DNA from: a virus
Virus record (IMG/VR): IMGVR_UViG_3300020392_000010
Location: 21,192 to 85,191 of that record
DNA length: 64,000 nt
Direction: 5' to 3' (one strand)
Part shown: positions 39,468 through 48,746 of the stretch, one piece after another
Position numbering within the stretch: the first letter of the stretch is position 1
How the letters are laid out: each line of letters begins with the position of its first letter
The notes under the pieces: model-generated
The model's input: only the letters and a program-made list of their open reading frames with translations
Databases searched by the model: none
What the model was told of the DNA's origin: nothing
Made by a program: the position numbers and the translations under genes

Positions 39468-39722
39468 TTAATAATTTGGATTTAAAGTAACTGAATATTT
39501 AGCGGCTATAGATCTTAATTTCTTTTTAGATATTCCTTCTAAGAAGCCCTCATTAATAATCATTCCTTCACCTGAGGGATCATTCGATATGTCTTCTTCA
39601 TTACCACTAAATACTTGAAAAAAGTAACCTGGAGTGAACCCAGGGACTTCGTCATATCCATAACATACTTCTACCGGCTCTCCATTTTTAGGATTTATAC
39701 CTATTGTGTTTATTCTACTCAT
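39468..39722 (-). CDS. Hypothetical protein
   Basis: 84-aa ORF (VCYGYD...GYFFQVF). Confidence 0.6.
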   Translation of the reverse strand: MSRINTIGINPKNGEPVEVCYGYDEVPGFTPGYFFQVFSGNEEDISNDPSGEGMIINEGFLEGISKKKLRSIAAKYSVTLNPNY

Positions 39723-40258
39723 TTTATATCTTTTCTAATTACATTTAAGTACTCGTGAGCAACAGATAATACAGTATTTAGTGTAAAAAGAGGTTGATTT
39801 GCTTCAGCGTAAGTACGATCAGCCTCCTCTTTATTAAGATAATACTCTTTTTTAAACTTTTCAATAGTACACCCTGTTACGTTTATAAATGCTTGATCTA
39901 ACCTACCTCTTCTTAAAAACAGATAATGTTGCCAATTTCCTGTTTCTATATAGGCCTCTATAGCGTCTTTAGCTCGTAATAACGATAAGTCTTCTTTTTC
40001 TTTAAATAATTTTACAGCTTGTAATTTTTGACCTTTTCTAACAAGAAGTTCTACAGAAGGTATCCAACTAGGCTTATACCAACTATCTAACATTTTTTTA
40101 ATCTCCTTATCAGTTTTATCTGAAAATTCCCCAAGTGATATATCTTCCTTAGACTTTTTAATAGGATTTGCATCTAATATAGATTTCTTTTTATTAGGAA
40201 ATTTCCTATTATTGTAACTAAATTCTCCTCTATTAGGTTTATTCCTTAATTTTTTCAT
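39719..40258 (-). CDS. Hypothetical protein with ribosomal L7/L12 C-terminal-like motif
   Basis: GQKLQAVKLFKEKEDLSLLRAKDAIE resembles KI.xIK.VR...GLGL.EAK..VE. Confidence 0.55.
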   Translation of the reverse strand: MKKLRNKPNRGEFSYNNRKFPNKKKSILDANPIKKSKEDISLGEFSDKTDKEIKKMLDSWYKPSWIPSVELLVRKGQKLQAVKLFKEKEDLSLLRAKDAIEAYIETGNWQHYLFLRRGRLDQAFINVTGCTIEKFKKEYYLNKEEADRTYAEANQPLFTLNTVLSVAHEYLNVIRKDIK

Positions 40259-40415
40259 TTTGTTTATTAAGTTTTCTATATTGCATGATCACATCTTTTT
40301 TATAACTTAAATGTTTATTCACATAAACATGTAGTTCTTTACCCGCATCTGCGTAATTTGGGTTATCAAGCACTATTTTGACTATTTCTGAAATAGTATT
40401 CTTTTCTTCTTTCAT
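40239..40415 (-). CDS. Small hypothetical protein (58 aa, not in ORF track)
   Basis: MKEEKNTISEIVKIVLDNPNYADAGKELH...; fills the gap between co-oriented genes. Confidence 0.55.
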   Translation of the reverse strand: MKEEKNTISEIVKIVLDNPNYADAGKELHVYVNKHLSYKKDVIMQYRKLNKQNEKIKE

Positions 40416-40421
40416 ATTGTA

Positions 40422-41612
40422 TTATAAGTTTAATTTTAAAGTTTTATTCACCTTAGATTCTATAGTAGGCCTAAGTTCCATACTGTGTGATTTTTTTACA
40501 TAATCAAATAAGGCTAGTTCTTTTGATTTTGCTTCTATTTCTATATCAAAAAGATTGCCAATTTGAGGAATAGCGTCATATAAGTAATCTGCATGAGACC
40601 TTTCCATAACAGAACTATCTTCATTTAGTCTTTTACTGCTACTAAAGTGAGCAAGTGGACGCACACTAGCTGGCCAGGTTGAAGCAGCTAGTTTGGCAGC
40701 TTTTTCTTGAGATAAACCACCTGTGCAAAACAAGTGATGAAAGAAATCGAATGTAATAGGAATATTAATATGTTTGTATAAACCTTCGTATAGATCAATT
40801 ACGCTATATTGACTAGCTTTATCGTCATTTTCTACAACAAGACGCGCTTTAGTAGATTCAGAAAGTTTACTAAAGTTTTTTACAAACCTAGATAATGTTT
40901 CTTTTTTATTACCATAGGCACCTCCTACATGAATATTTAAACTATAGTTGTGATTTTTAGGTAAGCCCATTAAATCTAGTATAGTAGAATGCTTGTCTAA
41001 TTCGTTTATAGAGTTGTAAACTATTTTTTCGTTTGGACTAGGAAGTACACAAAATTGACCTGGATGAAAGCCTACTCTTAGATTGTTTTCCAGTATGTAC
41101 TTTCCTATTTCTGCAAGTTTGCTTTTTATTTGATTGTAATTTGGTAATTGATTGAAATCATATTCGCTCATCCATGGAAAAAGACTACTAGACATTCTGA
41201 ATATTCTTATATTGTTTTTAGCATTCCATTTAAGAATAACTAAAAGATCTTCTACATTTTGTATAGCTAGGTTACCTGCTTTTTTACATAGCCATTCCAT
41301 GTAACCTTTTTTTGAAACATCATAATCTGATATTTGAACTGTTTTATCTACTAATGTTCTTTTAGTTATAGATTTAAAGGTTCTAAAGCTAGTGTTAAGG
41401 GAACTAGCAGACTTTCCTTTTTCATCATATACTAGAGTTGAATCATACCATTTTTCTATTATGCTTTCGTCTGTTATATGTACTTGATTACAATTTTTAT
41501 GTAACCATTTATTAACGCTATATTCAACAACAGGACTTTGCATTCCCCTGTTAGTTGATATATTATGTTCTTTCAATGTAAGGTTTATACAACAGTATCC
41601 TAAGTTATTCAT
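40422..41612 (-). CDS. uvsE: UV DNA damage endonuclease (UvsE/UVDE) with N-terminal insertion
   Basis: LGYCCIN, IFRMSSSLFPW, HPGQFCVL, NIHVGG, LVVENDDK, FDFFHH, HADY, IEAKSKE. Confidence 0.92.
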   Translation of the reverse strand: MNNLGYCCINLTLKEHNISTNRGMQSPVVEYSVNKWLHKNCNQVHITDESIIEKWYDSTLVYDEKGKSASSLNTSFRTFKSITKRTLVDKTVQISDYDVSKKGYMEWLCKKAGNLAIQNVEDLLVILKWNAKNNIRIFRMSSSLFPWMSEYDFNQLPNYNQIKSKLAEIGKYILENNLRVGFHPGQFCVLPSPNEKIVYNSINELDKHSTILDLMGLPKNHNYSLNIHVGGAYGNKKETLSRFVKNFSKLSESTKARLVVENDDKASQYSVIDLYEGLYKHINIPITFDFFHHLFCTGGLSQEKAAKLAASTWPASVRPLAHFSSSKRLNEDSSVMERSHADYLYDAIPQIGNLFDIEIEAKSKELALFDYVKKSHSMELRPTIESKVNKTLKLNL

Positions 41613-41640
41613 ATTTATATTATACTAATAATTTATGATA

Positions 41641-41666
41641 TTATACACTAAATTAAAAAATAGTTT
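41641..41666 (-). promoter_or_regulatory. AAAC-N16-GTATAA promoter-like motif
   Basis: Exact spacing; upstream of uvsE. Confidence 0.6.
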
Positions 41667-41695
41667 AAATAAATAAACAAGAGAAGCGTATTTGT

Positions 41696-42490
41696 ATGAA
41701 AAATTTTATAGAAACATTTAAGATATTTGAATCAAAAAATCGGGTAAACGGATTAGAAGAGTTTATTAACACGTTAAAGGAAAATTTTAAAGAATATCAC
41801 AGTGTAATAGATGATTTAAAATCATACATATTAAAATCTGGATGCGAAGCTATTGGGTTTGACACCCTATATGGTGCTTCTGGAATATCAAAAACCGATA
41901 AATGTGTAATTGCAGATAAAGTACTTAAAGAACCTATTGAAAAAGCACTTTACGTAATACTTCACGAAGTATCTCATCAGTATCAATATTCTAAGTATGG
42001 AAAAAACGTAATGTGGGATTCATATAATTCTAATATAGATATAGAAAAAGCGGTCGACCTGCTAATGAATATTGAATTAGTAGCAGATAGATTAGCTATT
42101 ATCAAAACTAAACATTTATTAGATTCAAATGGCGTAAAAAACTACAAAGAAGTAACGGCAGTCTATCCTAAAATGTCTAGGCAATATTTTAAAAGTCATT
42201 TAGAATCCTTAAGAAAAAGCGTAAATGATAAAAAAATAGAAGACGTAGATGGTGTAAACAATATGATGCACAATAAACTTAAAGAAAAACCAAAACCTAT
42301 TGTATTTAAAAATCATAATAGACCAAAGCCTAAGCAATTTAAAAATCAAATAGAAATAGATAGAATATTAGATAAATTATCCGATACAGGCTGGTCTAGT
42401 TTAACTGACTCTGAAAAATCTACATTAAGATCTGCTAGTAATAAACCAAGTAGTAAGCCGCCTAGTAGCAATCAGTTAAACCTATTTTAA
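41696..42490 (+). CDS. HExxH zincin-like protein with capsid-targeting-like N-terminus and C-terminal QLNLF
   Basis: MKNFIETFKIFES; VILHEVSHQYQ...IELVAD; IDRILDKLSDTGWSSLTDSEK (DUF6576-like). Confidence 0.65.
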   Translation: MKNFIETFKIFESKNRVNGLEEFINTLKENFKEYHSVIDDLKSYILKSGCEAIGFDTLYGASGISKTDKCVIADKVLKEPIEKALYVILHEVSHQYQYSKYGKNVMWDSYNSNIDIEKAVDLLMNIELVADRLAIIKTKHLLDSNGVKNYKEVTAVYPKMSRQYFKSHLESLRKSVNDKKIEDVDGVNNMMHNKLKEKPKPIVFKNHNRPKPKQFKNQIEIDRILDKLSDTGWSSLTDSEKSTLRSASNKPSSKPPSSNQLNLF

Positions 42491-42505
42491 ATAAATAAAA
42501 ATAAA

Positions 42506-42733
42506 ATGAAAGAATTTTTAAATATAGGTCAATTAATATTGTGCCTAACATTCTGTATATTATGGCCATCCTGGTTAAAAGACGGGTATCTAGAAAACGG
42601 TTACTTAATAATCGCAACGTTTATAGCTGCATATGGAGGATTTATAGCTGGTTTATACTGGTATATTAAAAATAAATTTAAATGGAAAAGTTGGAAAGAA
42701 ATTTGGAATAAAATTACTTCCAAAAAACATTAA
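42506..42733 (+). CDS. Small two-TM membrane protein
   Basis: Two hydrophobic segments and a basic C-terminus. Confidence 0.55.
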   Translation: MKEFLNIGQLILCLTFCILWPSWLKDGYLENGYLIIATFIAAYGGFIAGLYWYIKNKFKWKSWKEIWNKITSKKH

Positions 42734-43064
42734 CTGATATAAGCAATACTGCTAAAATGAGAGATACAATTACTTTTAAAGTAATAGTTTCATTAAAAAA
42801 GTAGTTTACCATTATTGCATAAACTAACATTCCTATTCCAAATCCTATAAATCGGGTAGGCCATAATAATCCCCCTACTCCTTCAACGGTGTATTTAGTT
42901 CCCCATATAAATAAAAATGATATAGGTATACCGCATATTGCTAATAGCCATTCATTTTTACTAAACCAATTCCACTTAAACTGACCATTTAATTGTATGA
43001 AAACAGCAATATGCCCAATCATAAAGAAAAATAAACCATATATAAATGAATTAATATTACTCAT
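42714..43064 (-). CDS. Four-TM membrane protein (SMR/DMT-like size)
   Basis: 116 aa, four hydrophobic helices, FFNETITLK loop before the last helix. Confidence 0.6.
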   Translation of the reverse strand: MSNINSFIYGLFFFMIGHIAVFIQLNGQFKWNWFSKNEWLLAICGIPISFLFIWGTKYTVEGVGGLLWPTRFIGFGIGMLVYAIMVNYFFNETITLKVIVSLILAVLLISVNVFWK

Positions 43065-43065
43065 A

Positions 43066-43260
43066 TTACATTAAGTCGCTTTCATCCTGTAAAAATTCTT
43101 CAAACCTTTTTATTATAAGTGCATTAAAATCACTATTGAATTTTTCCATATAAAGTTCATCAACTTCTTTAGAAAGTTCATCAAGTAAATCTTGGCATTC
43201 ATACAATTTTTTAAGTATATTTTGAGCTTTAGTTAAATTTTCATTTGCAGGGCTTATCAT
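43066..43260 (-). CDS. Hypothetical protein
   Basis: 64-aa ORF in a tightly packed run. Confidence 0.55.
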   Translation of the reverse strand: MISPANENLTKAQNILKKLYECQDLLDELSKEVDELYMEKFNSDFNALIIKRFEEFLQDESDLM

Positions 43261-43262
43261 AT

Positions 43263-43655
43263 CTATCTTAATTTTATTTCAAACCTTTCTTCCATATTAC
43301 ATAACACTTCTTCTGGTACATCATGTGTATCTACTCCATTATGCCTATTTTCAACTATTAGAGAATATACGATGTAATTATTATCTTTTGCTATTTTATA
43401 ATAAGGATCCATTTCCCACTTTTGAGTAAAGGTATTTGAAACAACTATTTTAGATTCACCCGCAATCATAAAAGACAATACTGATTCTTGACACCATTGA
43501 TGAGCATCTTTTAACTTATTTGGGTTAAAAATATACTCTCCAGTAATAGAGTCTACAAAATACATATCAGATTCTAAATGCGTTCCTCCAATAGACTTTG
43601 CTAATGTCGTTTTTCCTGCTCCAGGGACTCCTCTAAGTAAAAATAGTTCTTTCAT
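43263..43655 (-). CDS. P-loop kinase (AAA_33 / polynucleotide-kinase-like)
   Basis: LLRGVPGAGKTT, AHQWC, IVVSNTF, HDVPEE. Confidence 0.8.
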   Translation of the reverse strand: MKELFLLRGVPGAGKTTLAKSIGGTHLESDMYFVDSITGEYIFNPNKLKDAHQWCQESVLSFMIAGESKIVVSNTFTQKWEMDPYYKIAKDNNYIVYSLIVENRHNGVDTHDVPEEVLCNMEERFEIKLR

Positions 43656-43662
43656 AAGTATA

Positions 43663-43688
43663 TTATACTAAATATATTTAACAAGTTT
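43663..43688 (-). promoter_or_regulatory. AAAC-N16-GTATAA promoter-like motif
   Basis: Exact spacing; ends 7 nt before the 43655 start. Confidence 0.6.
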
Positions 43689-43836
43689 AAACCCACTGTT
43701 TGCAATATAGATTAATTAATATAGTTTTAGCCATTTTAAACTCATCAACTTTATATAATTTTAAATTGTACGCAATGGCCACTGATTTCAAATGAGGTAA
43801 AGCTTCTGATATTGTCATTTTTCCAAAATCTTTCAT
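43687..43836 (-). CDS. Small hypothetical protein (49 aa, not in ORF track)
   Basis: MKDFGKMTISEALPHLKSVAIAYNLKL... Confidence 0.5.
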   Translation of the reverse strand: MKDFGKMTISEALPHLKSVAIAYNLKLYKVDEFKMAKTILINLYCKQWV

Positions 43837-43840
43837 ATTA

Positions 43841-45190
43841 TTATTTGTTTTTAATTATTACTTTTTTAAGATCGTTTAAATCTTTTTTATACATATCAAT
43901 AGGTAAAGTTAATTTAACTACATTTAATTCATTTTCTTTTTCTTTCTTTTGAGAAAGAAGTTCTGTATATTTTTCTTTAGTAAGAGTATGTATAGGCATA
44001 GATAATAGGTAACTATATGAATCATCTACTTTGTCAAAAGTATGTTTTTCAAGCCATATTACAATTTGTTTTTTTGGAACATTATTTATTTTAAGTTTTT
44101 CATTTATTATGGCTTTAATAAAAGCTGCTTTATTTGAAAGAATTATCACTTGCTCACCAAGTGTTTTTATTAGATAATCTTTTCTTTTATCGTAATATGT
44201 TAATCTAAAATTTACAAAGTATTTAATAATATCCTTTACATTATCGAAAATCTTAAGTTTACCATTTTCGTCTAACATAGTTAGATTTTCAGACTGTTTT
44301 TCTTCCATTTTTAAAAACCTACTTAATCTTTTAGATTTTATAAGTTTATCTAGGTCTGCCCTTTTAAATTTTAAAGTGTAATCTATGTTAGATTTTGAAT
44401 TATCGTCATATGTGGCTATTTCTCTAGAATCCTCTTTACTTATCAAATATTTGTCATATTTTTCATAAGTAACCGAGGGAGGAAGCTCTGATATATGAAC
44501 GGTTGATGTATTTTTTACATCATATATTCCTTTTAATATCCATGTTGAAGGATTAGTTTCATCTCTAGTGCAGCTTCCATTAAATCCTCTATACCACGGT
44601 TTAGGTTCATCATATCTTTTTTTAGATAATTCTTTTATACAAGAATCTATAAGGTCTATGGGGTTTCTGTTTAATATATTTGTTGCAAAACCAACTGCAA
44701 TTCCAGATCCACCATTTAATAACACAGTAGGTATTATAGGTAAGAAAAAACTTGGTTCTATTTCTATACCTTCTTCATACCGAGGCTCTAATAATTCAAA
44801 ATCTTTATATAAAAGCCTAAAGTTTTCATTTAGTTTTGTTGAAATATATCTAGGAGCACCTGCCTCAGGGGACCTTAATGATCCAAACTGACCTATTTCA
44901 TCAAGAAGAGGCATTGAATTTTTAAAACCTTGCGCCATTCCTATTATGGCAGATGAAAGGGAGGCATCACCATGATGATAATTAGCATCAGAAGCAACCT
45001 TTCCACCTAATTGAAATATTTTTAATGGTTTGTTATTAGATCCCTTCCATACTTTAGAAGCTATATGTATAACCTTACGCTGTGTGGGTTTAAATCCATC
45101 TATAACTGAAGGTATAGCCCTATGTTCTATTACATACTTTGCATAATTTCCATAATCTTGATCTAAATATTCTGTTACTGTTTTTTCCAT
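43841..45190 (-). CDS. gp52: Type II topoisomerase breakage-reunion subunit (T4 gp52-like)
   Basis: RAIPSVIDGFKPTQRK, YHHGDAS, GQFGS, APRY (catalytic Tyr), GIAVGFAT. Confidence 0.95.
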   Translation of the reverse strand: MEKTVTEYLDQDYGNYAKYVIEHRAIPSVIDGFKPTQRKVIHIASKVWKGSNNKPLKIFQLGGKVASDANYHHGDASLSSAIIGMAQGFKNSMPLLDEIGQFGSLRSPEAGAPRYISTKLNENFRLLYKDFELLEPRYEEGIEIEPSFFLPIIPTVLLNGGSGIAVGFATNILNRNPIDLIDSCIKELSKKRYDEPKPWYRGFNGSCTRDETNPSTWILKGIYDVKNTSTVHISELPPSVTYEKYDKYLISKEDSREIATYDDNSKSNIDYTLKFKRADLDKLIKSKRLSRFLKMEEKQSENLTMLDENGKLKIFDNVKDIIKYFVNFRLTYYDKRKDYLIKTLGEQVIILSNKAAFIKAIINEKLKINNVPKKQIVIWLEKHTFDKVDDSYSYLLSMPIHTLTKEKYTELLSQKKEKENELNVVKLTLPIDMYKKDLNDLKKVIIKNK

Positions 45191-45357
45191 TATTGTTGTT
45201 TTTCCTTCAATGCTTGTTTAAACATTTCTGATAATTTTTTATCGTCAGGGATAGTGTCTTTTAAAACTGCTCCTGCATGCATATATCCTTGCTTGTAAGA
45301 CCATATTAGTAATTCTACTATTTCTTTAAAGTCTTGTGATTTTTCTACTTTATTCAT
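45190..45357 (-). CDS. Small hypothetical protein (55 aa, not in ORF track) between topoisomerase subunits
   Basis: MNKVEKSQDFKEIVELLIWSYKQGY...; TAATG overlap with the gp52 start. Confidence 0.55.
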   Translation of the reverse strand: MNKVEKSQDFKEIVELLIWSYKQGYMHAGAVLKDTIPDDKKLSEMFKQALKEKQQ

Positions 45358-45358
45358 A

Positions 45359-47230
45359 TTAATTTATATTTAAAATTTTAATTTTTCTAGGGCTTGAGTC
45401 TTTTCCAAACCAAATATTTAAACTCTCTCTATAGTTTTTATCGTTTACTATTTTAATAACCCTTGGATTTTTTATTATTTCTTCATATTCTGCGTCTTCT
45501 AATGAGGCTAGACCCTTTTTATACTCTATATTCCATTTACTTATAAATTTTTCATTAGAGGACCATTTTTTATATTCTTCGTCAGAATAAAATTCTAAAA
45601 CCTTATTTGCTTTCTTAGCTACTACAATAGGTGTCATTACTTTATGAATAACGCCTTTTTCAAACAATTCAGGCCAATATTTGTTAAAGAAGTTTATTAA
45701 AAGAGAAGCAATTGAGTCTCCATCCGGGTCTGCATCAGTATATATGTATATTTTACCATATCTAAGAGCAGTTGGCTCCTCACCTAGTTTTAAACCCAAT
45801 GCCGCCATTAAATCTTTAACCTCATCATTTTGTATCACCTTTGAGTTAGGTAATTCACTTACATTTAAGAATTTTCCTTTAAGTGGAAAAGCTCCTATTG
45901 TTTGAGAGTCTCTAAATTTTCTAACAGCACTTAATGCCGATAATCCTTCATATATACCTAGTATACAGTTATTTCTATTGCCTTTTTTCTTTGCATCTAT
46001 TAGTTTTAAAACTTTAGAACTACTTAGATTTTTATTTAACTTTCTTAATTCAGCTCGTTCCTCTGCCAGTTTCTTTCGCTCTACCCAGTCTAACACGGAT
46101 TGTATTATTTCTGATTTAAATACCTGTTTTGCTATTTTTTCACTTACATTGTGTGAGGTTTTAAAATATTTCTTTTCAGTTATTAATTTTTCTTTGGTTT
46201 GAGATGAAAAAGCTGGGTTAATAATAGTACTATCTATAAATACATATAAATGATTTCTAATATCATTGGGTTTAACTGCTACTTTGTATTTTTTATGAAT
46301 CATTTCACGTAAATACGATATTAATTGATCAGATATGTAATCTACGTGATTACCGCCGTCCTTTGTGTGAACTGAATTAACAAAACTAACATTATTAAAT
46401 CCATCTTTAGATTTTGCAAAACCTATTTTCCAATTTTCAGATTCTTCGTAAAAATACTCTGAATCTTGAACATATAGGCGTATATAATCTTCAAATTTCT
46501 TAAATTTTAAATCATTTGTAAACTTATTTCCATCCTTTAGAGTAGTTACTTTTATTTTTAGTTTTTGATTGCACGCAGCAGCGTCTAAACATCTCTTATA
46601 TAGTATTCTATGAGTGTTTTCGTCTATAGATCCCATATTAAACCTAGAAAGTTCTGGAAAATATAAAATTTCAGTAAATCCCCTAGCCGCTTTTGTTATT
46701 TTAGGTTTACTTTTACTATTCATGTTGTTTTTAAACACTTGATGGAATTTATTAGTACCATCACACGTGGTTATAACAAATTTAGTGCTAAATATATTAG
46801 TCAAAGTAGATCCTACTCCGTTTGTACCAGCTACGTTCCTATCTTTAGTGTCATCAAAGTTGCTACCTGCCTTTAAATTTGAAAATATCATTTCAGGTAT
46901 CCATTCTTTATGTTCGGGATGCTTTTTAACAGGTATTCCTCCATTATCCCATACTGAAATACTGTTATTATTTAAATCAAATGTTACACGTATTTCGTTT
47001 AGTTTATTATTTCTCCTATGTTCGTCTATTGAATTAGATAGGATTTCATCAAATAATTTTATAAAGCCAGGGTTGTATACAACTTCTTTAAGTTCAACGT
47101 TTAATCCATCAAAAAGATACTGATCGCCGCTATGCGCTTTAGTAGAGCCAACATACATGTAAGGCCTATGTAAAACATGCTCTATATCGGTTAATTTTTG
47201 ATATTTAGTTGCTAATTCTTTCTTTTTCAT
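45359..47230 (-). CDS. gp39: Type II topoisomerase ATPase/TOPRIM subunit (intact gp39+gp60)
   Basis: EHVLHRPYMYVGS, EILSNSID, DNGGIP, GTNGVGS, EGLSA, PLKGK, TDADPDG, YKKGL; probable ATG 47230. Confidence 0.95.
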   Translation of the reverse strand: MKKKELATKYQKLTDIEHVLHRPYMYVGSTKAHSGDQYLFDGLNVELKEVVYNPGFIKLFDEILSNSIDEHRRNNKLNEIRVTFDLNNNSISVWDNGGIPVKKHPEHKEWIPEMIFSNLKAGSNFDDTKDRNVAGTNGVGSTLTNIFSTKFVITTCDGTNKFHQVFKNNMNSKSKPKITKAARGFTEILYFPELSRFNMGSIDENTHRILYKRCLDAAACNQKLKIKVTTLKDGNKFTNDLKFKKFEDYIRLYVQDSEYFYEESENWKIGFAKSKDGFNNVSFVNSVHTKDGGNHVDYISDQLISYLREMIHKKYKVAVKPNDIRNHLYVFIDSTIINPAFSSQTKEKLITEKKYFKTSHNVSEKIAKQVFKSEIIQSVLDWVERKKLAEERAELRKLNKNLSSSKVLKLIDAKKKGNRNNCILGIYEGLSALSAVRKFRDSQTIGAFPLKGKFLNVSELPNSKVIQNDEVKDLMAALGLKLGEEPTALRYGKIYIYTDADPDGDSIASLLINFFNKYWPELFEKGVIHKVMTPIVVAKKANKVLEFYSDEEYKKWSSNEKFISKWNIEYKKGLASLEDAEYEEIIKNPRVIKIVNDKNYRESLNIWFGKDSSPRKIKILNIN

Positions 47231-47368
47231 ATTTTTTTTTACTAATAAAACATGATTAGTTTTTAAGATATGTATATAATATACCAAATAAATAACATAT
47301 ATAAGTATCCCTATTGATAAAAAGACGGTTACTTATAAGGATAAATAACTAAAATAATACACACACAA

Positions 47369-47602
47369 ATGAAGAAGAATGTTGTAATGAACCACGCTCA
47401 ATTCATGGCTGCTGCCAATGCAGCTGCTGCAAAATACACTGTTAAAGCTAATACTGCTCAGAAAGATGAAAGCGGTACTAAAGTAAAACAAGATTTATCT
47501 AAAGTTGAGGGACAGGGTACTGCTTCTATCCAAAGATTTACTAAGTCATTTTTAGCAAAAGCTAAAAGTAAAAAAGTAGTAGGCGGAGGAAAGAAAAAAT
47601 AA
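47369..47602 (+). CDS. Small Ala/Lys-rich basic protein
   Basis: 77 aa ending AKAKSKKVVGGGKKK; GATAAATA at 47340. Confidence 0.65.
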   Translation: MKKNVVMNHAQFMAAANAAAAKYTVKANTAQKDESGTKVKQDLSKVEGQGTASIQRFTKSFLAKAKSKKVVGGGKKK

Positions 47603-47613
47603 TTCATAAAAAC

Positions 47614-47874
47614 ATGAATACTAACAAAGCTTTAAGTTTTGAGAAATTTTCTGTCCTTGAAAAAAAGGGAGCTCTTAAAAAATTAGTTGGAAAAGATCCA
47701 GATGAGGAATTAACAACTAATGATGCTAAAAAACTAGGAAAGAAAATAGCTAAAATGGACGGTAAAAATAAAAGAAAATACGTAGGTATTATTAATTTTC
47801 TAGGCGCTTCGTGTGATATTTACAATGAGCTTTGGAAAAATTACACTAAAACTAGAGATAGTTTAGCAGACTAA
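47614..47874 (+). CDS. Small basic protein with capsid-targeting-like N-terminus
   Basis: MNTNKALSFEKFSVLEKK. Confidence 0.65.
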   Translation: MNTNKALSFEKFSVLEKKGALKKLVGKDPDEELTTNDAKKLGKKIAKMDGKNKRKYVGIINFLGASCDIYNELWKNYTKTRDSLAD

Positions 47875-47892
47875 TATAAAATATCATTACCT

Positions 47893-48711
47893 ATGAAAAT
47901 TTACGAGTACGAAAATGTAAGTGCTAAAGACGGAGGCGTAATCTTTCAAGTAGTATTAAGTCACGATATATCTTGGAAGATAGTAGACGGAACAACTAAG
48001 TTTGAACAATATCTCGTAAATACAAATATTCACGAAATGGATGTGTTTCCTGATTTAAATTTTAAAAAAGCAAGTGCCACTTCTACATACTACATACTAA
48101 GTGAAGCAGTTTTACTTAAGCAAAAATTAGATTTATTAACAGAATTTGTAAAAAAGCAACTAGTTAAAGACTATGAATTAGAAATAAATTCTAACTCTTC
48201 TGGTAATAATAGAAATATAACAGACAATATAGTAAAAGAAGCAACAGAAAAATACTTTAAGAATACATCTTTTAACGTAAAAATAAATACTAAAAGAATA
48301 GTTTTTAGAGGAGTGGCATCATCTTTAGATCAAGGAAGTCCTAAAATAGTTTTAAAAGCGTCTACTCATATGGTAGACACTTTAGAAAATCAAACAATAA
48401 ATAACTGGAAAAATGTAAACTTAAACGTTTCAGGAAATGGGGCTAACCTAAATATAAATAGTGAAACGCCAATTAACATAGCCAATTTACAAGAGTATGA
48501 TAGAGTAGATAATAAAATGGAAAACTCTCTAGTTGAATTAATACTTCCTTCTTTAATATTAAAATTTACAGGTGATCCAGTAGAAACTCAAAAAATATGG
48601 TCTGGCGATGAGGACGCTTCTCAAGAGCTTCTTACATCTCAATTAGATAAACTAACATCCGGAGGAAGAATGGACAAGGATACTATTGAAATGAAAAAAA
48701 ACCTTGAGTAA
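47893..48711 (+). CDS. Hypothetical protein
   Basis: 272-aa ORF in a late-type run. Confidence 0.65.
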   Translation: MKIYEYENVSAKDGGVIFQVVLSHDISWKIVDGTTKFEQYLVNTNIHEMDVFPDLNFKKASATSTYYILSEAVLLKQKLDLLTEFVKKQLVKDYELEINSNSSGNNRNITDNIVKEATEKYFKNTSFNVKINTKRIVFRGVASSLDQGSPKIVLKASTHMVDTLENQTINNWKNVNLNVSGNGANLNINSETPINIANLQEYDRVDNKMENSLVELILPSLILKFTGDPVETQKIWSGDEDASQELLTSQLDKLTSGGRMDKDTIEMKKNLE

Positions 48712-48746
48712 AAAAAGATAAATAAAATAAAATAATTTACACAATT

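Noticed and set aside
45359-47230. T4 gene 60-type translational bypass or split topoisomerase subunit
   Set aside because: ATPase and TOPRIM domains are in one uninterrupted frame
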